NCBI GenBank assembly: GCA_964592455.1
Contig: CAZQDQ010000001.1
Coordinates: 1-41,767 of the forward strand
Direction of reading: 5' to 3'
From: an uncultured Pseudomonadales bacterium
GTDB taxonomy: Bacteria > Patescibacteriota > Microgenomatia > UBA1400 > MFAQ01
DNA: 41,767 nt
Shown here piece after piece: positions 1 through 7,792 of the stretch; within the stretch, counting starts at the first letter, position 1; the number at the start of each line of letters is the position of its first letter. The notes under the pieces were generated by a model that was not told the DNA's origin, did not search any database, and worked only from the letters and a program-made list of their open reading frames with translations. A program made the translations under genes and the position numbers.

Positions 1-302
1 AGTCTCGAAAAAGTTATGTCCTTCTCATATACTAGTGCGCTTGACGCCCAAATGAAGTGGATATTATTATCTCTGCAAAACGGTAGTAAATTTATAAAAC
101 TACCAACCGCTTCTGCAATATGAAAGTCAGGGTTTGACTCAAAAGGTAGGTGAGTAGGTGAGGCTAAGTTAAAAATCACCTTAACATCTCTTGTTGGCGT
201 GGATGTTACTTTACCACCCATCTTTTTAATTTTCATCTCCAATTCCTTACCGATAAAACCATGTCTGCCCAAGATGCAGAATTTATTTCCTTTAATTTTC
301 AT
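1..302 (-). CDS. NAD-dependent epimerase/dehydratase family protein (extended SDR). Only the N-terminal part is present and the gene runs off the window edge.
   Basis: The reverse-complement translation from ATG (complement of 300-302) reads MKIKGNKFCILGRHGFIGKELEMKIKKMGGKV...IWASSALVYEKD. It has a Rossmann GxxGxxG motif (GRHGFIG) at the N-terminus and stays open to position 1. This ORF is not in the supplied track because it lacks a stop in the window. Confidence 0.6.
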   Translation of the reverse strand, partial: MKIKGNKFCILGRHGFIGKELEMKIKKMGGKVTSTPTRDVKVIFNLASPTHLPFESNPDFHIAEAVGSFINLLPFCRDNNIHFIWASSALVYEKDITFSR

Positions 303-321
303 TGAGTTAAGCTAACACAGT

Positions 322-349
322 TTAACTTTTTATTCAATAATCATATAAT
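322..349 (+). promoter_or_regulatory. Candidate sigma70-type promoter for the first plus-strand operon: -35-like TTAACT (322-327), 16-nt spacer, perfect TATAAT (344-349).
   Basis: The motifs were read directly from the sequence. The -10 ends 7 nt before the GTG start at 357, and there is no SD-like purine run in between (cggcaat). Confidence 0.4.
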
Positions 350-356
350 CGGCAAT

Positions 357-1502
357 GTGAAGATTGTTTTTATTTCAAGCATGTTACCATCCGGACATTA
401 TTCTCAGGTAATTTGTTCTGGCTTAAGCAAAAAACTTGACTTGGTTGTTTATTCCGACAATCAAAAAGAAAACTTAAAAATTCAAAATTGTGGAACAGTT
501 AAAGCTGTATGGAGAAAATCACCTCACTTTATCTTTGACATTCTTACACATTTGTCAAAAGATAAACCAGATTTAGTTCATTTTCAACACGAATTAAATA
601 TGTTTGGTGGTCAAGCAACTGCCGTTCTTTTCCCTATAGCCCTCTTGCTCGTAAAAGTCCTTGGCTACAAAACCGCTGTAACTTTTCACGGCACCGTTGC
701 CAAAAAAGACATAAACCAAAAATTCCTTTATTTATTCCATCAGGATAAAAAATACATGACTCCAACAATAATTAGGTTGTTCTTTAACTACATATTCAAA
801 GTAACATCACTTTTTTGTGACCAAATATTTGTTCACACAAAAATGGCTAAAAATATTTTAGTTAATGACTATCAAATAGATTCTAAAAAAATATCAAATA
901 TACCAATACCAATACCAAAAGAAAAAGTTCTTAAGAAAAAACAAAAAAAGTATTTTTTTTATTTTGGTTATATGGTAAGGCGAAAAGGTTTAGACTACAT
1001 CATCAATGGATTTTCTGATTTTGTTAAAAAAAGCCCAAAAACACCATTTCAGTTAATACTGGCCGGCGGAGTGATTAAGGGGCAAGAGAAAGCATTAGAG
1101 GAAGTAAGGAATCTCATCAAAAAAAAGAAGTTAGACAAAAAAATTAAAATCGTAGGTTTCATAAATCAAAAACAGCAGGACGATCTTTACAACAATGCTT
1201 ACTGCACTCTGATTCCAGCTGTCATCACGGTTGGCTCAAGTGGCCCACTATTTCACTCCGATAGTTACTATAAATGCGTTATAGCCTCAAATATTGGGTT
1301 TTTTAAAGAAGATGTCAAACACAAGAGGACTGGAATATTGACAGAAAACCACAAATGGTCGTTCTGGTTGGACTATCTGGCAAAACACCCTAAGATCGTT
1401 AGCGAAATCGAACAAAACGTGAAACATAAGGCGATTACCAGAAGTCCAGGTAGCATTGCCCTGCTTTACAAAAAAACTTATGAAAAAATCACACACAAAT
1501 AA
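357..1502 (+). CDS. Glycosyltransferase, GT-B fold / GT4-like (group 1)
   Basis: 381-aa ORF. The N-terminus MKIVFISSMLPSGHYSQ is typical of GT4 enzymes. The second half (KYFFYFGYMVRRKGLDYII...FQLILAGG...KIKIVGFI) matches the C-terminal Rossmann layout of group-1 glycosyltransferases, although the EX7E motif is degenerate. It starts at GTG; an alternative ATG lies at 381. Confidence 0.6.
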   Translation: MKIVFISSMLPSGHYSQVICSGLSKKLDLVVYSDNQKENLKIQNCGTVKAVWRKSPHFIFDILTHLSKDKPDLVHFQHELNMFGGQATAVLFPIALLLVKVLGYKTAVTFHGTVAKKDINQKFLYLFHQDKKYMTPTIIRLFFNYIFKVTSLFCDQIFVHTKMAKNILVNDYQIDSKKISNIPIPIPKEKVLKKKQKKYFFYFGYMVRRKGLDYIINGFSDFVKKSPKTPFQLILAGGVIKGQEKALEEVRNLIKKKKLDKKIKIVGFINQKQQDDLYNNAYCTLIPAVITVGSSGPLFHSDSYYKCVIASNIGFFKEDVKHKRTGILTENHKWSFWLDYLAKHPKIVSEIEQNVKHKAITRSPGSIALLYKKTYEKITHK

Positions 1503-2538
1503 ACTTTCGGTGGTCATTGTAAATCTAAATGGCATTAAATATCTAAAGAAGTTAATAAAGTCGATTCATCAATCTGCTTACAAAAAACTGGAAATTATAG
1601 TTGTTGACAACGGTTCCAAAAAGGAAGAGCTTATAAGTCTATTAAAGCTCTCAAACACAACAAAAAACCTAAAAATTATTTTTCTGCACAAAAATTTTGG
1701 TCCAGCCATGGCCAGAAACATTGGTGTCCAAAATAGTACAGGAGAATATTTGTCCTTTTTGGATAACGATACCGAAGTTGATAAAAATTGGGCCAAGAAT
1801 GCCCTAGAATACTTCACCAAACACAGAAAAGTTGGTGTCATTCAATCTAAATTATTGTTGGAGAGCGACCATCGGAAAATTGACTATGTTGGTGAATATC
1901 TAGGATCAAACGGCTTCCTAGTCCAAGAATGTCCAGCTGGAACACTAGATCGTGGGCAATTCAATAAACCAAAAAAAATCCTAGCCGCCAAATCTGCTGG
2001 AATGTTTATTAGAAGGGATGTGTTTGACAGGGCCGGTGGTTTCGATGACGATTACTTCATTTATGTAGAAGAAACCGATCTTGGTTGGCGAAGTTGGTTG
2101 ACAGGTTTTGAAGTTCATTATTTACCAACTAGTGTGGTTTACCACCATTTTGGAACTAGCACTCTGATTTTGGGGCAAAAAAATGCTAGCAACTTAGCTA
2201 AGTATCACGGCCCAAAAAACTACCTATCTACGTTATACAAAAACCTGCCAAATGAGTTATTGTGGTCAATATTATTCAAGAACCTTCTTTTGTGGATATG
2301 CTTCATTATCTATCGTGCTCTTATATTCAAGCTAGATGATTCCTATTACATGAGCAAGGGAGTCCTATACTTTATTGTAAATTTTAAAAAGATAAACACA
2401 AAAAGAAAAGCGATTCAGTCAAATAAAGTTTATTACGTAGATAATAATATCAAAAAGCTAGTAGTCAGTCGTCCATTGTGGTATTTTATAAGCAAGGCAA
2501 TCAATAAACAAAAAATCGGTAATGCCAATAGCTACTAA
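1480..2538 (+). CDS. Glycosyltransferase family 2 (GT-A fold)
   Basis: Motifs: LSVVIVNLNG...LEIIVVDNGS, the DxD motif LDNDTEVD, and GGFDDDYFIYVEETDLGWR (rhamnosyl/galactosyl-transferase-like GT2 signature). The ATG at 1480 is preferred over the track's TTG at 1456 and overlaps the upstream stop. Confidence 0.8.
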   Translation: MKKSHTNKLSVVIVNLNGIKYLKKLIKSIHQSAYKKLEIIVVDNGSKKEELISLLKLSNTTKNLKIIFLHKNFGPAMARNIGVQNSTGEYLSFLDNDTEVDKNWAKNALEYFTKHRKVGVIQSKLLLESDHRKIDYVGEYLGSNGFLVQECPAGTLDRGQFNKPKKILAAKSAGMFIRRDVFDRAGGFDDDYFIYVEETDLGWRSWLTGFEVHYLPTSVVYHHFGTSTLILGQKNASNLAKYHGPKNYLSTLYKNLPNELLWSILFKNLLLWICFIIYRALIFKLDDSYYMSKGVLYFIVNFKKINTKRKAIQSNKVYYVDNNIKKLVVSRPLWYFISKAINKQKIGNANSY

Positions 2539-2539
2539 A

Positions 2540-3517
2540 ATGAAGAAACCAAGCATAACTGTTTGTATTCCAACAAAGAACAGAGAAAAATCTATAGGAA
2601 AAATGCTAAACACTTTGGTTAATCAAAGTTATAAAAACTTCGAAGTTGTTATCGTAGATGGCGGCTCAACAGACAAAACTGTCAGAATAGCTAAATCTTT
2701 CAAAAAAAAGCTCAAAATTAGAATTGTTTACAAAAAAGGAGGTTTAATTCCTCAGATGAATAAGGGGTTAGCGGTAGCAAGGGGCAAAATTTTTGTCAGA
2801 ACAGACGACGATGTTTTAGCTACAAAAAGCTGGTTAAAAACTATAAGTATGGTTTTTGAAAAGGATAGAAGAGTTGGTGGTCTTACAGGCCCAACTGTAA
2901 TACCCAAAAAATACGCCAGATCGCGCGATCTTTTTTATTTTCAAAAAAAACTAAGAAACGGCAACTTTTTTTGGAGGATTCTTGGAGTAATTTACTATGG
3001 ATATTTTATGGAAGGAAAGCCGATGAGGGTTAGCCACTGGTTTAAATCGGGGGCCTTTTCCCTGGGTAGTAATTTTTCAGTCTCAAGAAAAGTAAGATAC
3101 AAAAAGGTTAGCAACTTAGAAGCATGCAATTGGGCTGTTAGAACGAAGTTACTTAAGAGGGTGGGAGGCTTTGATAATAGTTACACAGGCATTGGCGAGT
3201 ATCATGAACCGGACGCATCTTTAAAAATCAGGAAACTTGGATATAAATTAATGTTTCATCCAAAAGCAGAAGTAAACCACTGCCCATCAACAGAGGGTTT
3301 CTTTTCGGAGAGGCCCTTAAGCTACCCAAGGATAATAAACTTTATAATTTTTTACAAAAGACATATTAAAATTAACTCTTTTGACAAGCTTTTAAGATTC
3401 TCAGCCTATTTAATTTTTCAAAATTTTTATTACATTTATCAAGCGGTTAACAAAAGACAGCTAGGCCTTTTGGGTTCAATACCAGGTACGCTCGTGGGTA
3501 TACTTTTTAAATCATAA
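2540..3517 (+). CDS. Glycosyltransferase family 2 (GT-A fold)
   Basis: Motifs: ITVCIPTKNREKSIGKML...FEVVIVDGGSTDKT, the acidic motif RTDDDV, and a GGFD motif. ATGs exist at both 2522 and 2540; the one at 2540 lies just after the upstream stop. Confidence 0.8.
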   Translation: MKKPSITVCIPTKNREKSIGKMLNTLVNQSYKNFEVVIVDGGSTDKTVRIAKSFKKKLKIRIVYKKGGLIPQMNKGLAVARGKIFVRTDDDVLATKSWLKTISMVFEKDRRVGGLTGPTVIPKKYARSRDLFYFQKKLRNGNFFWRILGVIYYGYFMEGKPMRVSHWFKSGAFSLGSNFSVSRKVRYKKVSNLEACNWAVRTKLLKRVGGFDNSYTGIGEYHEPDASLKIRKLGYKLMFHPKAEVNHCPSTEGFFSERPLSYPRIINFIIFYKRHIKINSFDKLLRFSAYLIFQNFYYIYQAVNKRQLGLLGSIPGTLVGILFKS

Positions 3518-4278
3518 TGATTATAAGAGCTAAAAGACTAGATCTCAGGAGGCTAAAAAAGTTTGGATTCCCATCAGACCTTATTTTTAGAGGTACAGAA
3601 CTCAAATTTATTACTAAAGAGTTATCAAAAATTAAACTTGTAGGGCCCTCTCTTGATCTTGGTTGTGGGGATGGATTTCTATGCAGGACGATTTTTAGAG
3701 AAAAATTTGATTATGGTCTAGATAACGACGAAGCTGGAGTAGTTAAAGAAGCGATCAAAAAAAAACGATATAAAAAGGTTATTATTGAATCAGCAACGAA
3801 TATATCTTTACCAAGCAAATCTCTAAATCTAGTTTTTAGTAACAGTGTTGTTGAACATATACCTAACAACTATGGAGTTTTACAAGAGGTTTCCAGGATA
3901 TTAAAAAAAAATGGCTACTTTATTTTTACCTGTCCCTCGGTCTACTTTACTGACTATCTTTCAAAAAACTTTGGTGGAAAATTGTACTCCAAATTGAGAA
4001 ATAGGCAGTTTAACCACTTTCATTTATATGACCACAAAACTTGGAAAAAAAGACTAGCTGCCAGCAAAATGCGCCTAGTTGATTACCGCTATTACATGAA
4101 CGAGACAGACTTGGTATTTTGGGAAAAACTACTATGGCAGCAAAAAATGTACAAATACTTCCCGTCACTTGTTAATAACCCTGTCTACTACCGAAAAGAA
4201 ATAATAAAAAGAATAAAAAAAGCTGTTTCAAGTAAGTATCACGGGGCAAATATATTAATTATTGCCAAGAAGAAATAA
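3517..4278 (+). CDS. Class I SAM-dependent methyltransferase
   Basis: Motif I is LDLGCGDG. The post-I acidic residue and LNLVFSNSVVEHIPN / GYFIFTCP match the Methyltransf_11/25 architecture. The start overlaps the upstream stop (TAATG). Confidence 0.75.
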   Translation: MIIRAKRLDLRRLKKFGFPSDLIFRGTELKFITKELSKIKLVGPSLDLGCGDGFLCRTIFREKFDYGLDNDEAGVVKEAIKKKRYKKVIIESATNISLPSKSLNLVFSNSVVEHIPNNYGVLQEVSRILKKNGYFIFTCPSVYFTDYLSKNFGGKLYSKLRNRQFNHFHLYDHKTWKKRLAASKMRLVDYRYYMNETDLVFWEKLLWQQKMYKYFPSLVNNPVYYRKEIIKRIKKAVSSKYHGANILIIAKKK

Positions 4279-4282
4279 CAGT

Positions 4283-5038
4283 ATGTATTACAAGCAGTTT
4301 AGAAAAGGAAAAAGAATTAAAGCAAAGGCACATTATGGCAATCTGTTCACTGACAAGTATATGGTTTTGAGATTTAATATAAATTACTTTTTTGCTAAAA
4401 AAGTACTCAAAAAATATAAAAGAATTAATGTTTTAGATGTAGGAGGTTATACCGCAGACAATCTCAAATTTTGGAAAAACTCTGGTGAAAAAATAAAAAA
4501 GATTGACTATAATGTTGCTGACTACGACACTGAGGCAGGAAAAATTGCCACCACAAGGGGCGCGAAGTATCACTACTATGATTTAAACTTAGATAATCTT
4601 CTTAAATTATTCCCAAACAAAAAATTTGACCTTATAATTTGCACAGAGGTGCTTGAGCATCTGTTAGACCCACACCGTCAAATGGGATATTTTCTGAGAT
4701 TACTTAAGAGAAATGGCAGGTTAATCATTTCTCTACCCAACGAAAACACCATTTTTCATAGAATCTATGCCTTACTTGGTCTTGGTATCGATCAGTATCC
4801 ATTTGTTTTATACAAACATCTTCACTTCCCAACCATTCAACAATCAGAGACCTTTGTCAAAAACTATTTTTGTCTAATTGACAAAAAATACTATATGAAC
4901 TTCGGTGGTATAGGGTCAAGATTTGCTTTTTTTGGTAAATTATTTAGGCTAATACCAGATAGTGTCTGGCGTACTCTTGTAGATCTTTTTCCTGGATTAT
5001 TGGCTCGCGGTACGGTCTTCTACCTCAGGAAAAAATGA
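4283..5038 (+). CDS. Class I SAM-dependent methyltransferase
   Basis: Motifs: VLDVGGYTADN (motif I-like), DLIICTEVLEHLLDP, GRLIISLPNE. The ATG at 4283 follows the upstream stop at 4278; the track's TTG at 4262 is less likely. Confidence 0.7.
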   Translation: MYYKQFRKGKRIKAKAHYGNLFTDKYMVLRFNINYFFAKKVLKKYKRINVLDVGGYTADNLKFWKNSGEKIKKIDYNVADYDTEAGKIATTRGAKYHYYDLNLDNLLKLFPNKKFDLIICTEVLEHLLDPHRQMGYFLRLLKRNGRLIISLPNENTIFHRIYALLGLGIDQYPFVLYKHLHFPTIQQSETFVKNYFCLIDKKYYMNFGGIGSRFAFFGKLFRLIPDSVWRTLVDLFPGLLARGTVFYLRKK

Positions 5039-5784
5039 TTTTAGAAAAACTAAGACTACTGCTTGAAATATTCTCTCAGGTCAAAAAGCCTTTCACTCTG
5101 TTGAGTTTATGGCTAGGGGTTGGCGGTAACAGTGTTGTCAGCTCAGGAAACACAAAAGCCTATCTTAGAAACAACAAAATTGATTATTGGATATTTCTAG
5201 AAAACATTATCAGTGATACTTATGGACTAAAAAACCTCCGGTATATAAGGTTTGACAACATTATCGACATTGGAGGTAATATTGGTCTGTTCACTATTAG
5301 TACCAAAAAATACTGGCCGAAAGCAAAAAGGGTCATTGTGGAGCCAAACAAAAACTCACTCAAAGTTCTTAAAAAAAACTTAAAACTAAACAAAATTAAT
5401 GCTATCACAACGAACAAAGCTGTTATCGGTAGTCAAAAGAAAAAATCGATTAAACTTTATTTAAACGAAAACCCAGCCATGTCATCGCTAACAAACTCAG
5501 CAGGAAAATACATTAAAGTAAGAACAGTCAGCATAAACCAAATAATTCCAGAAACTGGCAACACACTGGTAAAAATAGACATAGAAGGTGGTGAGTATAG
5601 TCTCCTAACAAAGAAGAATAAGTCCACTTTTAAAAAAATTGACGTATTATTAATGGAGACCCACGATCTTGGCAATAAAAAGAATAGTAAACATGTCGTA
5701 AACTGGCTAAAAAAAATTGGTTTTAGGGTCTACTATGAAAACAGAAGCATCACAGCCATCAGCACCACTAAAGCTAATTTCTGA
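5035..5784 (+). CDS. FkbM-family methyltransferase
   Basis: IIDIGGNIGLFT, LKKNLKLNKINAITTNKAV and IDIEGGEYSLL are the hallmark blocks of the FkbM (Methyltransf_21) family. There is an ATGA overlap with the upstream gene. Confidence 0.75.
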   Translation: MILEKLRLLLEIFSQVKKPFTLLSLWLGVGGNSVVSSGNTKAYLRNNKIDYWIFLENIISDTYGLKNLRYIRFDNIIDIGGNIGLFTISTKKYWPKAKRVIVEPNKNSLKVLKKNLKLNKINAITTNKAVIGSQKKKSIKLYLNENPAMSSLTNSAGKYIKVRTVSINQIIPETGNTLVKIDIEGGEYSLLTKKNKSTFKKIDVLLMETHDLGNKKNSKHVVNWLKKIGFRVYYENRSITAISTTKANF

Positions 5785-7792
5785 AATTTTATTCGTCATT
5801 TTTGTTTGTTTTATCTTTATTCGATCAGTATTTTTAAATAATGGACAGATTGGCCATAATTGGGACTTTACTTTTCCTTATTTTACCTCCAGTCACAACA
5901 ACATAAACTTTCTTTCGGCCTATACCTGGAATAGCTCAAACTTGGGCTATCAACAGCACCTAACAGCCGCACATCTAATTCCTAATTTTATTTACTCACA
6001 ACTTGTATTTTTCTTTGGTAATGTACTAGCTAGTAAAGTGCTTTTGCTAATTATTTTGGTCTTTTCAGTATTTGGATTCGCTAAATTTTCAAACCTATTT
6101 TTTTTAAGCAAGAATAGAGCTATTCCTCTGGTTCTGGGTTTCTTATATACCTTTAGCCCCTTTCTCTTTAATGAAATAGTTGGTGGGTCTTGGTATATGT
6201 GGCTTTCATATTCCTTTATCCCGTGGTACATATACTCGATTAATCAATTTTTTTCTGGCAAAAAATACTTTTTATTTTCTAGTTTAGTATTCTCTAACTT
6301 AGTTGTTTCCTCTCTTCAAAACTTTGTCTTGGTTCATGGATTAGCAATGATTTATTTTTTAGTGGTAAATGATGGCTTTAAACAGCAACTTGTTAGATTT
6401 TTTAAGTTACACTTTTTTCTCTTTATTACTAACTTTTATTGGATAGCTTTGACTTTAAGTATCGTTTTTAATTTAGCAAGCCATTATTCGTCAGTTGGAT
6501 TTACCAGTCAATTTGAACAAGTAAGAAGTAGCAGTCAAAACCTGGTTTCTATTTTTAGCTTGTACGGTTACTTAAATAGAGATTTTTATCAACAAACTCT
6601 TCCGCATGGCATCTGGATTACTTACTTACTAATTGTTTGCCTTGTTTGGGCTACTGGGATTACTTTGCTTTTTACCAAAAACAAAATAAGGGACAAAAGA
6701 ATCTTGTTATTTATATTGCTATTGTGTCTCATGTTCCTAATTGCTAAGGGGGGGAATTACCCATTCCCAAAATTTACTCTTTTCCTATTCAAAAACATTC
6801 CCTTTATGTCTCTTTACCGTAGTCCACAACACCTAATGCTGGCTGTCACAGGCGTTTTCTTAATTTTGCTAGTTTTAGTAACCAAGGCATGTAATCAAAA
6901 ATATGGTCCAAGACGAACCACCTTTTTTTTATCACTGTTCCTGGCCGTATACTCTTATGGATGGTGGTCTAACGGCGATCTAGGCCACAAAGCAATGTCT
7001 CCTAGCGGAAGGGATTATGTAGATTACTACTCCTTAGACCCTTATTTGGTTAGCAGTATTAGTTTTGCAGAATCAGGTAAGGGTAGTACCCGCCATTTAT
7101 TTTTACCAATCACCCAAAGCCCGCTATACATGCAGACTAATTATCAGAAGTCAGCACAGGGGGGCATATCAGAGTACATGTACCTAGTAACTCCAACCTT
7201 TAGCGCTGAGTCTAGTGCTGCTGGAAGGGAAATAGAAGCTGCTCTTTGTAACTCAGAAGCTAAAAAGTTCGAGTCGCTTTTATCCAAGTATTCCATAGGT
7301 TACATAACTTTGAGATATGACGTAATACCAATATTTACAAGTTGCTCTAAAGATTGGAGCGCACAAAATACCTATAACATCTTAGAGAAAATTAACATCT
7401 TAGAAAAAATTAATACAGGGGGGAATGTCGTTCAATACAAAGTAAAGAACCCAAAAAAAGTTATAAGTTCCAAAGAAAGCACTGAAATCAGAATTGAAAA
7501 AAAGAATCCTATTCAGTATGAATTTGTTATAGAAGACACACAGTCACCCTCAGAAATAGTCTTGAATGAAAACTTTAGTAAATTTTGGGTAATAAAGGAT
7601 AGTTCGGGAAAAACGATATCTAAGTCAACAAATATTGACGGTCTAAATCACTTTAAAGATTTAAAAGTGATTCCAGGAAAAAAGCATACGATATACTTTT
7701 CCATGCAAACCACTTTTATTATTTTTCTTATTATCTCAATAGTTGGTGGAATAACATCACTATATTTATCTACAAGTAAAAATGAAAAGTAA
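5735..7792 (+). CDS. Large polytopic membrane protein of about 685 aa. It has an N-terminal multi-TM bundle, a hydrophilic extracytoplasmic domain of about 230 aa and a C-terminal TM anchor. Possibly a YfhO/GT-C-like glycosyltransferase.
   Basis: Many hydrophobic segments occur through about residue 420. A hydrophilic region follows (GDLGHKAMSPSGRDYVDYY...), and the final helix is FIIFLIISIVGGITSLYLS. The architecture resembles YfhO/AftD-type GT-C proteins, but I recognise no diagnostic motif with certainty. The ATG at 5735 overlaps the upstream gene by 50 nt. Confidence 0.4.
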   Translation: MKTEASQPSAPLKLISEILFVIFVCFIFIRSVFLNNGQIGHNWDFTFPYFTSSHNNINFLSAYTWNSSNLGYQQHLTAAHLIPNFIYSQLVFFFGNVLASKVLLLIILVFSVFGFAKFSNLFFLSKNRAIPLVLGFLYTFSPFLFNEIVGGSWYMWLSYSFIPWYIYSINQFFSGKKYFLFSSLVFSNLVVSSLQNFVLVHGLAMIYFLVVNDGFKQQLVRFFKLHFFLFITNFYWIALTLSIVFNLASHYSSVGFTSQFEQVRSSSQNLVSIFSLYGYLNRDFYQQTLPHGIWITYLLIVCLVWATGITLLFTKNKIRDKRILLFILLLCLMFLIAKGGNYPFPKFTLFLFKNIPFMSLYRSPQHLMLAVTGVFLILLVLVTKACNQKYGPRRTTFFLSLFLAVYSYGWWSNGDLGHKAMSPSGRDYVDYYSLDPYLVSSISFAESGKGSTRHLFLPITQSPLYMQTNYQKSAQGGISEYMYLVTPTFSAESSAAGREIEAALCNSEAKKFESLLSKYSIGYITLRYDVIPIFTSCSKDWSAQNTYNILEKINILEKINTGGNVVQYKVKNPKKVISSKESTEIRIEKKNPIQYEFVIEDTQSPSEIVLNENFSKFWVIKDSSGKTISKSTNIDGLNHFKDLKVIPGKKHTIYFSMQTTFIIFLIISIVGGITSLYLSTSKNEK
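7376..7411 (+). repeat. In-frame 18-bp tandem duplication (2 copies, 1 mismatch) inside the 5735-7792 CDS
   Basis: AACATCTTAGAGAAAATT (7376-7393) is followed by AACATCTTAGAAAAAATT (7394-7411). Together they encode NILEKI-NILEKI. Confidence 0.9.

Noticed and set aside
305-327. A 6-bp inverted repeat AGTTAA(305-310)...TTAACT(322-327) in the first divergent intergenic region, considered as a possible operator
   Set aside because: The half-sites are short and AT-rich with an 11-nt spacer, so it is easily a chance occurrence. One arm coincides with the -35-like element.
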